64,000 nt of DNA, taken from Eledone cirrhosa. Its lineage: Eukaryota. The DNA lies in NCBI GenBank assembly GCA_964016885.1, contig OZ024742.1, positions 274,598,001 through 274,662,000 of the forward strand, in the 5' to 3' direction. Of this stretch, positions 24,817-37,214 are shown in pieces. The notes under the pieces were generated by a model. It made no database searches. It saw nothing but the letters and a program-made list of their open reading frames with translations, and was not told the DNA's origin. Position 1 is the stretch's first letter. Every line of letters starts with the position of its first letter. The position numbers and the translations under genes were made by a program.

Positions 24817-24899
<83 letters not shown>

Positions 24900-25250
24900 G
24901 AAATTGGAGATAGAAGGGAAAATATATTTAATGGTCCATTTTACATTTTTTCTCTGCTTTGATTCGTCAAAGTGACAGTATTGAAAAAATAGAGGGACAA
25001 TTCTTTTAAAAAAGAGTTTCACAATGTATATAAAGTATATAAAGTATTACCGGTTTCGATGTGTTACTAAAATTCATCTTATCCAATGTTGAGTATTACA
25101 ATTAAAATGAATTAATAAAAATTAAAAACTAACTGAAAATGTAAGATTTAAAATTAAGTGTTGAGGCAAGCTGTTTTCATCTTCCTTGTTGAGAAGGAGA
25201 CTGGAAATATAAAAACTCTTGTGTATAGAAAGAGAGGTGTAGTCATGGCA

Positions 25251-25313
<63 letters not shown>

Positions 25314-25862
25314 TTTTTTAGTTGCTTCTATTGACTGATGAATAGCTTTTTTATATTTAACCATTCTGTCGAGAGCTTTATTCGATTTGTGATATTTTGC
25401 ATTCTCGCAATATTATACACAACTGAATTCATTCGCCTACTATAAGTGCTGCCTCCCTTGCTGAACTCCACGTGGGGTCAGTAATAGTCACACTTATGTA
25501 TAGCATTTGGAGCAAAAACCCGTTGATAACACGGCTTCCTTGTTCAATCGTCTTACCAGAAGCCTATCATTCTTTATGTAGGCGGACAGTACCTGATTTA
25601 TGGAGTCGCAGAAACCCAAATACTGGATTTTACCAACCATCCAAAGTCCGGGTAAATTTTCAATCACATATATTTTTATTGTTTGACCCGAATTACTTGG
25701 TCGTTTATTTTGGCTGTGCGGATGATTTGTTTAACCATCATCTCAGTATGTTTGGCCCTTAACGTATGTTGTAGCTCTGATTCATAAGAATCATCAAGCG
25801 CTTGCCACACATCTCGGAGGTTGATTTTCGTTAATTCCTGAGCTGAAATACGATTCTCGCTA

Positions 25863-26007
<145 letters not shown>

Positions 26008-26128
26008 AGGTGAGTAATATTGTAGAACAATAAAACTATGCATATATCAGATAAGTAGCACTCAATAGTTGGTAGAACTGGAGTATATATTAAGGAAGAA
26101 ATTAAAAGAAGGTTAAACAATTTCCATA

Positions 26129-26198
26129 TATTTTATTATGCGCATTTCGAAAATAACATCATCTTGCGACAAAAATTGTGTTCCCATCAGATAAAATA
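26129..26198 (-). ncRNA. Minimal hammerhead motif in Penelope pseudo-LTR (core variant CTGATGG)
   Basis: TATTTTAT-CTGATGG-stem II-GAAA-TGCGCA-TA-ATAAAATA. Confidence 0.65.
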
Positions 26199-26372
26199 AG
26201 GTAACATTATATGAGACTTAAAAACACTTGTCAACAAGAAAGTGTCCAGTTACATATGACAAAAATATAAGAGTAAGAGAAAAATAGGAAAAATGAAGAA
26301 AAGGAAAGAGGAAGGAAAAAGGAAAACGAAATAGAAGAGAGGAAAAAAAGGAAAAAAGGAAAAAAGAAAGAA

Positions 26373-26429
<57 letters not shown>

Positions 26430-26564
26430 TTGATTAGTAACGCTGTCAAAATGAAAACAGCTGTGAATAACGGCTAAAAATAAATTGATGAGGTGTATGT
26501 GCGAATATTATAGATGGTATTCAAATATTAGAGGTCTAAAATATAGAAACTGGGGATATTATTT

Positions 26565-26700
26565 TATAATTGGCAGTATCAGTAGTGGGTCGGACTCCAT
26601 GCTTTGACGTATAGAGTTACGGCCCTTGCCATTCTGAGTTCAAATCCCGCCGATGTTAACTTTGCCTTTCATACTTACGGGGTCGATAAAATAAAGTACC
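26565..26700 (+). mobile_element. tRNA-derived SINE, 3'-truncated
   Basis: TGGCAGTATC...GAGTTCAAATCCCGCC...GCCTTTCAT...GGGGTCGATAAAATAAAGTACC. Confidence 0.85.
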
Positions 26701-27375
26701 CTCTTTTTATTAGTTGTATGATTATTACTAGCTACATTATTATAAGTTCTGCCAAGATTAGTTTCCTTGGTGTATCTAAATTTGTCTGGATCTCCAGCCC
26801 TAGATAACGCAATATTATAATAGTTGGCATTAGCTTTGAAGATATCTTTATTAGAGGATAAATTAGAAATTATTTTTTCAACACTTCTAACTATAGCAGT
26901 TTTAACTTTATTAGGGTGGTTAGATTTAAAGTTAACGTAATTTAGGTTCTCATTATCCTTATGATATGGATAATATAGGCCGGTATCTAGATTAAGGGAT
27001 ATATCAAGGAAATTTGCTAATTTATCATTATTCTCGAATTCTATTTTTAAGTTAAGATGCTTAAATAATTCGAGTATATTTTTCTTAATAATATTAAAGT
27101 TTACTTTGTTGCAATTAGAGACAGTAAAAAGAGCATCATCACGATAATTTCCACCGCGAAAACAACAGCATCCTCGGACAAAAATTGTGTTCTCATCAGA
27201 TAAAATAAGATAACATGATATGAGGCCTAAAAACACTTGTCAACAAGAAAGTGTCCAATCTACATATGACAAAAATATAAGAGTAAGAAAAAAAATAGGA
27301 GAAATGAAGAAAGGAAAGAAGAAGGAACAAGGGAAAAGAAATAGAAGAGAGGAAAAAAGGAAAAAGAAAGAAGGA

Positions 27376-27431
<56 letters not shown>

Positions 27432-29421
27432 CTTTGATCAGGAACGCTATTAAAACTGCTATAGTCAGAAATCTTGAAAAAATAATTTCTAATTTATTCT
27501 CTAATAAAGATATATTCGAAGCTAATGCCAACTATTATAATAATGCGTTATCTAGGGCTGGATATCCAGACAAAATTAGATACACCAAGGAAACTACTCT
27601 TGGCAGAACTTATAGTAATGTAGCTTGTAATAATCATACCATTAACAAAAGGAGGAGACCTAGAGATAAAAATATCTTTGGTACAACGCTCCCTTCTCTC
27701 TTTCAGTTATTAATAATATCCCTAAATTATTTGTTAGGGCTTTAGATACCAGCTTCCCCCCTTCACATATATATAGTAATATATTCAATAAGCATACCAT
27801 TAAATTCTCATATTCCACTACTTCCAACATTTCTAAAATTATCTCAAGACATAATTCATAAATAGTAAATAATAACTCATATGCATCCAACCATGAGAAT
27901 CATAATAATAACACGCTAAAGCCCGACGTCAATGTAAAATCTGGGCAAAATAACACAAGTATAAATACGACGTCAAATGTAACTTTGAGGAATACTTCAA
28001 ATAGTAATGTAAATCTGGAAACTTTAGCACCTCCTTTAGCTAATTCCACCACCCCAGTTCCTAATATAATTAATCCTAGGCCACTTGCAAATAACTTTGT
28101 TAATAATCTTAATCGTAAATGCAACTGCCCTATTAGAACTAATTGTCCTCTTAGTAATTTCTGTCTCGATAAAAACCTAGTATACGAATGTAAAGTGGTA
28201 ACTAGTACCAATACCTATACCTACATTGGCTCTACTTCTACCTTTTTTAAAGCAAAACCCTATAATCATTCTTCTACATTTAAATATACATTTAAAAGGA
28301 CCAACACCGCACTCTCAGAACTTATTTGGTCCTTAAAAAACAAAGACATTAATTACGAAATTTATTGACGTAAAATCTGCAACGCTTCTCCATACTCCAA
28401 TGCTTCCATATCTAGTGTTTGTAATTTATGTCTAGCTGAAAAATTTACGATTTCAACTCTATAATAAATAGACGTACAGATTTATTTGGACTTTGTAATC
28501 ATAAATCCTTCAAGACCTTCCACAAAGTATATAACTAATGTCTTATAACATATTCCACGAATAACGGTTAATTTTTTACATATATATATTTTTTTTACAC
28601 ATATTTTTTCACACATATTTTTTCACACATATTTCATTATATTCTACAATGTATTAATTCAGTTTTCTCAGCATATTTTAAGCCTTTCTCCTTTTCTCTA
28701 TAGCCTTAAATTTTCGTTCAAACCGTGCGTAGATTTTGTAAACAAACTATGACTTCATATGTTTTTCTACGTTTATAAATCATTCTACCATTTACTTGTT
28801 GATATAAAATAATAATTAAATAGTATACACCACATATATAGATTTTTAATAGAAATTTTTAATTTTGACATTAGATAGACTATTCTTATTTTTATTTTGT
28901 ATTCTATCTTATTTTATTTTATTTTATTTAAAAAAAAACTTTTTTTAAAAAACCTTTTTTATAATTATTTTTATTTTATTTTATTTTATTTTATTTTATT
29001 ATTACATTTTTACTCTTCTTAATCCAAGTTTTAGTATTTAAACCCAATATAAAATAATATTCTCAGTTTCTATATTTTAGACCTCTAATATTTGAATACC
29101 ATCTATAATGTTCGCACATACACCTCATCAATTTATTTTTCAGCCGTTATTCACAGCTCTTTTCATTTTGACAGCGTTCCTAATCAAAAGTCTCTCTCTC
29201 TCTCTCTCTTTCTCTTTCTCTTTCTCTTTCTCTTTCTCTCTTTTCCTTCTTTCTTTTTTCCTTTTTTTCCTTTTTTCCTCTCTTCTATTTCGTTTTTCTT
29301 TTTCCTTCCGCTTTCCTTTTCTTCATTTTTCCTATTTTTCTCCTACTCTTATATTTTTGTCATATGTAGATTGGACACTTTCTTGTGGACAAGTGTTTTT
29401 AGGCCTCATATAATGTTACCT

Positions 29422-29491
29422 TATTTTATCTGATGAGAACAGAATTTTTGTCCCAAGATGATGTTGTTTTCGAAATGCGCCTAATAAAATA
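29422..29491 (+). ncRNA. Minimal hammerhead motif in Penelope pseudo-LTR
   Basis: TATTTTAT-CTGATGA-stem II-GAAA-TGCGCC-TA-ATAAAATA. Confidence 0.7.
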
Positions 29492-29522
29492 AATGGAACT
29501 TTTTTAACCATCTTTTAATTTC

Positions 29523-29559
<37 letters not shown>

Positions 29560-29899
29560 GTCTATCAACGCCATCGAGCTGGATTTACCCGCCTTGCATT
29601 AGTATCACCACCGATCCACCAGTTTTATCCCGTAGGATCTTTACCCCCAGCTCAACACCGCTATAATTCGCCGTGGCCCACCTATCACTTTCATCCAAAA
29701 CCTTTTCTGTTTCAGGCGTTTTTTCCATCCGAATTGTTTTGTTTCCGATTTTATAGTTTCCGATGTTTTTGTTTCTAATTTTCTTAACTGTTTCTATTTT
29801 ATCCTAATTGCTTTCGCCCCCCTTTTGATTCACTTCCCTTCGTATTTCCCCCTTAGCATCCCTTCCGCACGTCCTCTTCTTTTTACTCTTCCACCGTTC

Positions 29900-31945
29900 C
29901 TTTTATATTTTGACACTCCACAACCACCATGCCTAGCTTGATATCCATTCTTCACCATATCCACGCCCACCTAAAACACTTCCTCACCCCTCTCCTCCCG
30001 CCCTGCTACATCCAATCGGTCCTCCAACTCTCCTACTTCCTCTTCATTGAGAACCGGCATTCCAGCCACATCCATTCCTTCAGCCACTGCATCCATATCC
30101 ACCTCATCCCCACAGATTCCGACTCAACCTCCACCCCCCCCCCCTCGTTTCACACTCCATCCAACTGATTCTCACCCACTCCTCGTGTCTCTTCATGCGC
30201 GCCTCATCCCACTCTTCCGTCTCCACCATCCACAACTTGACCGCAAACTCCCCCTACCCTCCTCCACCTCCGCTCCATCTGTCACCCCTTCCTCGCCCAC
30301 TCCATTATCCCCTTCATCCATAACCGCAACCACGATCTCTTCTCCTTCCTCACCTCCACCATGCTCCACAAGCTACACTCAATCCTTACCCCAACCACCA
30401 CCCTAACTTGTTGTCACCATATCCCACAATCTCCCCCTCTCCACATTGAACGTTCACTCCTAAGTAGAGGACATACACCACACCCCGTACAGCAACGAGT
30501 TCGCAACTCGAGCAGACGTCTGGCGATGCACCAAACTACAGATGCACTTCGACAACACCCCACCGGCTCCAGAGGTTAAAGACCGCTTCCTCGCCCTGGG
30601 CCGACAACCACCTTCTTGGAAGCCAACATCCGGACAATTCAACACACTGGACGCCTTCGTCGACGCTTGCCTAGCTCAGTAAACCGCTTTGACTTCCGCT
30701 ACCGCTCCAAACGGAGCAGCATCTCTCGGGCTGATCACCTCGCTCTTCGCTCCCTCCGTAACTGTGAAGACATCGTCATCAAACCGGCGGACAAGGGAGG
30801 CACCTCTCTACAAGCCCATCTTCTTCCGCTCCCTACACTCCGACCCTACCTCCTAATACAAGCAACAATTTTGCTCCACCATGCAACATCTCGCATCCTC
30901 CTCCCTTCTCCCTTCTCCATACTCGCCCCCTCGTCACCACCCTCCACTCCCACATCTCTGACAGCAACCACGACTTCCGCCTTTTATCACTCCCTCACCT
31001 TCCCACCTGGCCCAAACCCCATCGTCTTCACCTTAGACTTTAAATCCCTCTATACTGTCATCCCCCACGCGGACGGCCTACGCGCCCTCAGGCACTACCT
31101 CGACCTTCGGCCCTCCCCCATCCCCCTCCGCCTCGCCAAGCAGGTATTCACCCATAACTACTTCTCCTCGGGTGAATTTTAAAACAGATCACTAGGGTAG
31201 CCATAGGCACCAGAATGGGCCCCAACTATGCCAACCTTTTCGTCGGCTATATTGATGCCCAAATCTTTGGCAAATACGCTGGCCCTCGCTCGAACTGTAC
31301 GGTCGTTATATTGATGATTGTATCGGGGCCACGACTCTCACCCTAAAACCCCTCGACTCCTTTCTATCCTTCTTCTGCTCCTTCCACCCTTCCTCCAATT
31401 CACCAACTCTATCTGCACCAACCACCACCACTTTTTAGACATCTCCATCGCCATCGACCCCACCCACCGCTCCCTCATCACCTCTGCTTCTTTAAACCTA
31501 GAGACTCTCGCTCCTACCTCAACTTCACCTCCTCCCAGCTTACACACACCAAACACTCTATTCCCTATTCCCAACTCCTCCGGATCCATCGCCTTTGCAG
31601 CCGAGATGCTGACATCGTGACATAGGTCCACCATTTCATCCGGAGTTGTTACCAGCCTCCCTCTTCCACGCCGCCCTCACCCGCGCCCACACAATCCACT
31701 GCACCACGGCCCTCACCCAACGCGCCGTCTTCCCTTCCCCCTCACTACAACCACATCACCCTACCCCTCCAACGAACCATTCTTCGCCTCTTCCGACTCC
31801 TCAAGTTCGACCCCTCCAACCCCATCTTCCTACTCCCAACCCTCCCCTACCTCAGACGCGCACGCAACCTCTCGTCCTTAGTTCCTTATTCCCCAACCCC
31901 CGTTCCCTTCCCGGTTCCCTTCCCTGCTCCAAACCCCGCTTCCAC
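29900..31945 (+). mobile_element. Decayed C-rich Penelope-like RT
   Basis: DIVIKPADKGG, FTLDFKSLYTVIPH, GVAIGTRMGPNYANLF, RYIDD and FLDISI motifs across broken frames. Confidence 0.85.
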
Positions 31946-31949
31946 ACAT

Positions 31950-32240
31950 ACCCAACAGAAACAAAAGAAACAAATAAATTATCTCGTGATATCGAAACGA
32001 ATTCAGCCAAAATGAACTCTTCCACACCGCACACCACTAACGCCACCACCACCACAACTGAAACTAAAATTAACAATAACAAAAATAACGATAACAACAA
32101 CAGCAACAATGAAATAAAGTAAACAACCCTGTCTTTTGCCAGAGTAGCAAAAAAGTGCGAAGCGATCCAGGTAACTCAGGAGGAATTAGAAGAAGCCAAA
32201 AAAATGGTAAAGAAAGATGAGTACAGGGTCAGCCCCAGTG
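31950..32240 (+). mobile_element. Fragment of the Tx1-like ORF1 N-terminal region
   Basis: TETKETNKLSRDIE...TTLSFARVAKKCEAIQVTQEELEEAKKMVKKDEYRVS is homologous to ORF 1301..1945. Confidence 0.85.
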
Positions 32241-33296
32241 TTCTTTAATCCAAAATACATCCTTCACATAATTAACGATGATTTCGCATTATAATGTATG
32301 TTGGAATAATAAATTTAGTTATAGAAATCAGCTAGTTACCTCCCCTTTCGCATTAACTCCCCTTAATCACACACATACTTCCGGATAATAAACCGATGTA
32401 AATTCTCGCAACAGAAACAACCTGCTCTATAAAATTGGATTAAAGAACACTGAGCCGCAGCAAGCTAAAATAATTTAATTTAATGCATCAAACGTCCAAT
32501 CCGAAATCATCGTTAATTATGTGAAGGATGTATAAACTATATATTACATTTCTTGAATGTGAAAATGGTTGTGGATACAAAAACCATAACTTTCTTTTGC
32601 TTCTCCTTTATACTACTTTTCTGCACGCATACTCCTGTATCATATACAAAAATACCTTACCACTACAACCTCCATAATACTCTTACTTACCCGCTTTAAG
32701 TACTTCTATTATATATAACACCCTGCCGCACAATAAGCATATATAAATGAGACACACGTGCATGCCCCACGTGTAACTAACGCATAAAATAACTAAAATA
32801 ACTACTACGTCTAACAAACTATCCACTTGCATTACCTATGTTAACTGCCGATTGTATTTTAATTTTGCTTTGATTTTGTTTTAATGTGATTTTGATTTTG
32901 AATTTGAATTGCTATACAGAAATATAATATAATATATGTCACCCCACGGTACCTTCAATATATACATATGTATCTGTATATCTCTTGCGTTGGAAAGGAG
33001 GTCAATCATGTGTACAAACATTGAAAGATGCTCCGAAGACTCCAAGTCTAGGTTTGGATGAAACAATGGTAAGTGAATAAATGCTTTGAACATAGCTTTG
33101 ATTCTTGTGAATTCTATATAACTGCTCTGTAGAACAACTGATGTTATTACATTGAGCTATTTATCTTACTGGTAATAAGGTAGTAATAAATTACTGACCT
33201 TCACTGTTTAGGGTTTAAAATATATATAACTATAAAAAGTTTTAGTATATACATAACCATAAATAGTATCCTTAATATTATATATATATATATATA

Positions 33297-34258
33297 TAAT
33301 TCAAGAGATAAGAGTAACATGGTTGTCTATACAATCAGGGCTTTATTCACAGTGCTGATAATTGTTTCTTTGATCTGGTAGGTCTAGAGTTCGCTAAACG
33401 CTAGATGTTGCGTCAATGGAACTCCAATACTTTGTTTATAACCAGTTAATTCATCAGAGCAAGCGAATGAGAGGGTAATATACAAGGCATGGCTTTAATA
33501 GAGGAGTGGTATTAGACCAGAACAATAATATCAATAACAAAATAACTAGATACCGAAATTGTGAAATTAATAACATCAAATTAAGTGAGAAATAGAATAT
33601 AATGATAAAATGATAAAACTAGCATGGTAACCGAGGTGATATTATAGTAGTTTTTTCACATGTCAATTTCATACATCTGTATCATATCACTTCGGTTACC
33701 ATGCTAGTTTTATTATTGTTCTGGTCTAATACCACTCCTCTATAAAAGCCATGCCTTGTATATTACCCTCTTATTCGCTTGCTCTGATGAATAACTGGTT
33801 ATAAACAAAGTATTAGAGTTTGATTGACGCAACATCTCGCGATTAGCGAACTCTAGAGCTACGAGACCAAAGAAACAATTGTCAGCACCGTGAATAAAGC
33901 CCTTATTGTATAGACAACCATGTTACTCTTATCTATTGAATTATTATTACTCCAAGTATAACCTACATAGAAATCACCGTGAACTCGCTGCATCACTATG
34001 GAAGCGTCTTGTTGACTCAAACTAAGCCATACGTTAATGCCATCCACAACACAGAGTACTCTAACTGGACTACCTCTAAGTAGATTGCCTATAACGAAAA
34101 CTTGTTATCCCGTATATATATATATATACGGGATAACAAGTTTTAGTTTGAGTCAACAAGACGCTTCCATAGTGATGCAGCGAATTCACGGTGATTTCTA
34201 TGTAGGTTATAGTTGGAGTAATAATAATTCAAGAGATAAGAGTAACATGGTTGTCTGT

Positions 34259-34262
<4 letters not shown>
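33297..34262. repeat. Complex nested inverted repeats
   Basis: ~33297-33530 is the reverse complement of ~33715-33940; ~33910-34025 of ~34143-34262; central palindrome 34097-34144. Confidence 0.85.
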
Positions 34263-34334
<72 letters not shown>

Positions 34335-34335
<1 letters not shown>

Positions 34336-35400
34336 CGGTATGCTCCACCAGCATCTTTAGCTAATAAATCACTTTTAGCACATTTACCTTTTAAAGCCTT
34401 GGATAAATGTTTCCCTAGATCACACAAGTATTACTCTATCTTCAATAGACATACAGTTACCCTCTCTTATTCAACAGCTATAAATATTGCTCAAAATATT
34501 GCAAAAATTAATAGTAAAATTCTTAATTTCAACCAGCATATAATTAGCGATAATAACAATAATAATAATAATAATATTAATAATAATACATTGGTTAATG
34601 TGAATAACAATAACAATAGTTTAAATACGAATAATAGTAGAACACCTAGAAATAATTGTTTCTACTTTTGGCACAAGGCCAGCAATTACCCAGTGTATTA
34701 CTGATACTTTATTTTATCGACCCCATAAGGATGAAAGGCAAAGTTAACCTCGGCGGGATTTGAACTCAGAATGGCAAGGGCCGTAACTCTATGCTGCAAA
34801 GCATGGCGTCCGACCCTCTACCGATACTGCCAATCCACCACCCAGAACACCTAGAAATAATAATGGTAATACGAATAGTTTAGGTCATAGAAATAGCATG
34901 GAATTGAACTGTAACTGTAGAATGAAATCTGAATGCCCTTTACAAAATAATTGTCTTCACAAGAATTTAGTATATAAATGTACCATTAACACAAATAATA
35001 ATTGTTTCTACTTTTGGCACAAGGCCAGCAATTACTAGTGTATTACTGGTACTTTAAGACAAATAATAATGATACTTATAACTACATTGGTGCCACTTCA
35101 TCGAACTTTTAAGTTTCACTTTTCCAATCATAAATATTCATTCTCTAATCCTGATAAAAAAATGTCTACATCATTATCACAATTAATATGGTCTTTAAAA
35201 GATAAAAATATTAAATACTCAATTTCTTGTAGTAAACTAAAGAATTCTGATTCCTATCGGAACGCTTCCATTTCCCCAAATTGCAATCTTTGCAATTTGG
35301 AAACTATTAATAATTACAAATTATGGTAATTTAATTAATAAGAAAAAAGAATATTCGGAACTTGTCTACATAAGTCAGGAAGAACCTTTTATGCATTATA
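34335..35400 (+). mobile_element. Penelope-like 3' fragment (GIY-YIG) interrupted by two SINE insertions
   Basis: LDKCFPRSHKYYSIFNRHTVTLSYS, CNCRMKSECPLQNNCLHKNLVYKC, YNYIGAT, LSQLIWSLK, CNLCNLE. Confidence 0.85.
34655..34843 (-). mobile_element. Full-length tRNA-derived SINE with TSD
   Basis: A box (TGGCAGTATCGG) and B box (GAGTTCAAATCC) on the minus strand; flanked by a direct repeat AGAACACCTAGAAATAAT at ~34640 and ~34844. Confidence 0.9.
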
Positions 35401-36591
35401 CAAATTTCGAAAAAAATACTGACTATGAAGAAAAAAATATTGACTATTAATAATTCTTGAAATATTATTATTATTATTATATATATAACGTTTTGCCTTA
35501 CCTTAAAAATTGTATATCGTTTTTATATAGTAAATTAATCTCATGATGACACTCGGTATCCCAAGTGTTAGAATGATCATTGTGTTACTAGAAATTACTG
35601 AATTTGCGGTTTGAAATATCTTTTGGCTTTCAAATCACTTAAATATCATCAATATTCACATAAGTTGAACGAGTTATACTCCTTTGTTTACATTCTTCGT
35701 AAATAATTGTGTTCTCTCCAAATGGATTGATATTTAACATGATTTATACAGTTTAATAATATATGAAAAATCCTTAAAGGGAAACTATATATATTAAGAT
35801 GTAATTATAGAAGTATAAAATCGAAATAATAATACTTTTAAGAGTAAATATAACTACTTATTAACCCTGTAATGAAATTACAACCAATGAATTGAAATGA
35901 TTTTATAATGAAAATAGAATAATTCAGATAATAATTCTTAACATTATATAAAATACATATACTGATGGTGATATATGCATAGGCTGTAGTAATTATCCTT
36001 ATACATATTTAATAGGTATTTAAACTTGCTTTATACATAAAAATGTTTTTGAATATTGTAACAAAATATTTAGTAAATATATTAATTAAACTATGCTTCT
36101 GATTACTATAGAAAATATTGTTATATTGTTTAATTTTGATATAATATATTAGTATAACTATCTTAAACATATCCAAATACAAACGATATTAAAACATTTC
36201 ATTGTATTTAATTGGTCGCTTCTATTTGACTTAATATTTGAAAGCAACGGTCACACATAATTTCTCTTTCTTTATTTCTCGCCTTTTTGCAGTTACGTAT
36301 TTCTTCTTCTATCTTATATCGCTCTCTCTCTCTCTTCCTTTTTCTTCCCTAACACGTCTATTTACGCATTTAAATAGTTATGTATGTATGTATTTATTTA
36401 TTCTTGCATTATTCATACTCACCCCCTCCTTATACCGATATCTCGCTCCACATCCTCTTCTTCATTAAATTTAAGTTTATCATGCTATTATTTGTGGTAT
36501 ATAAATGTTGAGATTTGTTGTAATAAATCACTGCCAATACTGGAATTGAACCATAAAGACCGTTGAGGTATGTCATACATCAATTCATGTA

Positions 36592-36653
36592 TTTTATCTG
36601 ACGAGGACGTACTGAAAAAACACCACAGTACCTTCGAAATATATATAGTAAAA
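36592..36653 (+). ncRNA. Minimal type I hammerhead motif with intact core
   Basis: TTTTAT-CTGACGA-stem II (GTACTG/CAGTAC)-GAAA-TATATA-TA-GTAAAA. Confidence 0.7.
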
Positions 36654-37214
36654 CATATATTTTGATTATATAATATATATATATATATATATATTATTCA
36701 AAATATTAATAAATGAAGACATTCACATAATCAAAATATATGTTAATGTATTATTATTCAATAAAATAAATGTCTACATATAATGGAGAGAAATGTTTGT
36801 ATATATTTGTATAATTTCACCTTATAAGGGGAATTGGAACCATTATATTATTTAATAAACATGAGCACCCTATTCAATTAGGTACATTTTATCTTCTACT
36901 TTCATTCTGTTCATTTGATAATCAAGCTATTACTAACATCTTAATATATTATTAAACTCCTTGCAATTTCATTTTACTACTACACACGTTTATTTATACC
37001 TTATATCCTTAATAACCCCTAAAATAGTTTAAATAGGTACATTGTATACCTTCCAATGTTATCCTTCTTATAGTATCTTCCATTTAATTATTTTATTTCC
37101 TTCCCTTTTAATTACTTTCCTTAATACTAAACATATGCTTTGATATGAATTCATATAAATTCAATAATAATAGTTTCACTGATCCAATTCACCTTACAAA
37201 ATAAACTTCTATTT

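Larger units (their letters stand above)
26110..29525. mobile_element. Rearranged Penelope-like element(s): pseudo-LTRs at ~26110-26560 (-), ~27157-27445 (-) and ~29050-29525 (+); RT C-terminus ~26705-27155 (-); body with GIY-YIG ~27445-28500 (+)
   Basis: YRDD, ANFLDISLNL, YVNFKSNHP on the minus strand; CNC...CPL...C and LVYECKV...YIGST on the plus strand; three copies of a (CT)n-containing terminal repeat. Confidence 0.88.

Noticed and set aside
24585-24820. Possible solo LTR fragment
   Set aside because: No paired TG...CA ends, TSD or second copy identifiable.
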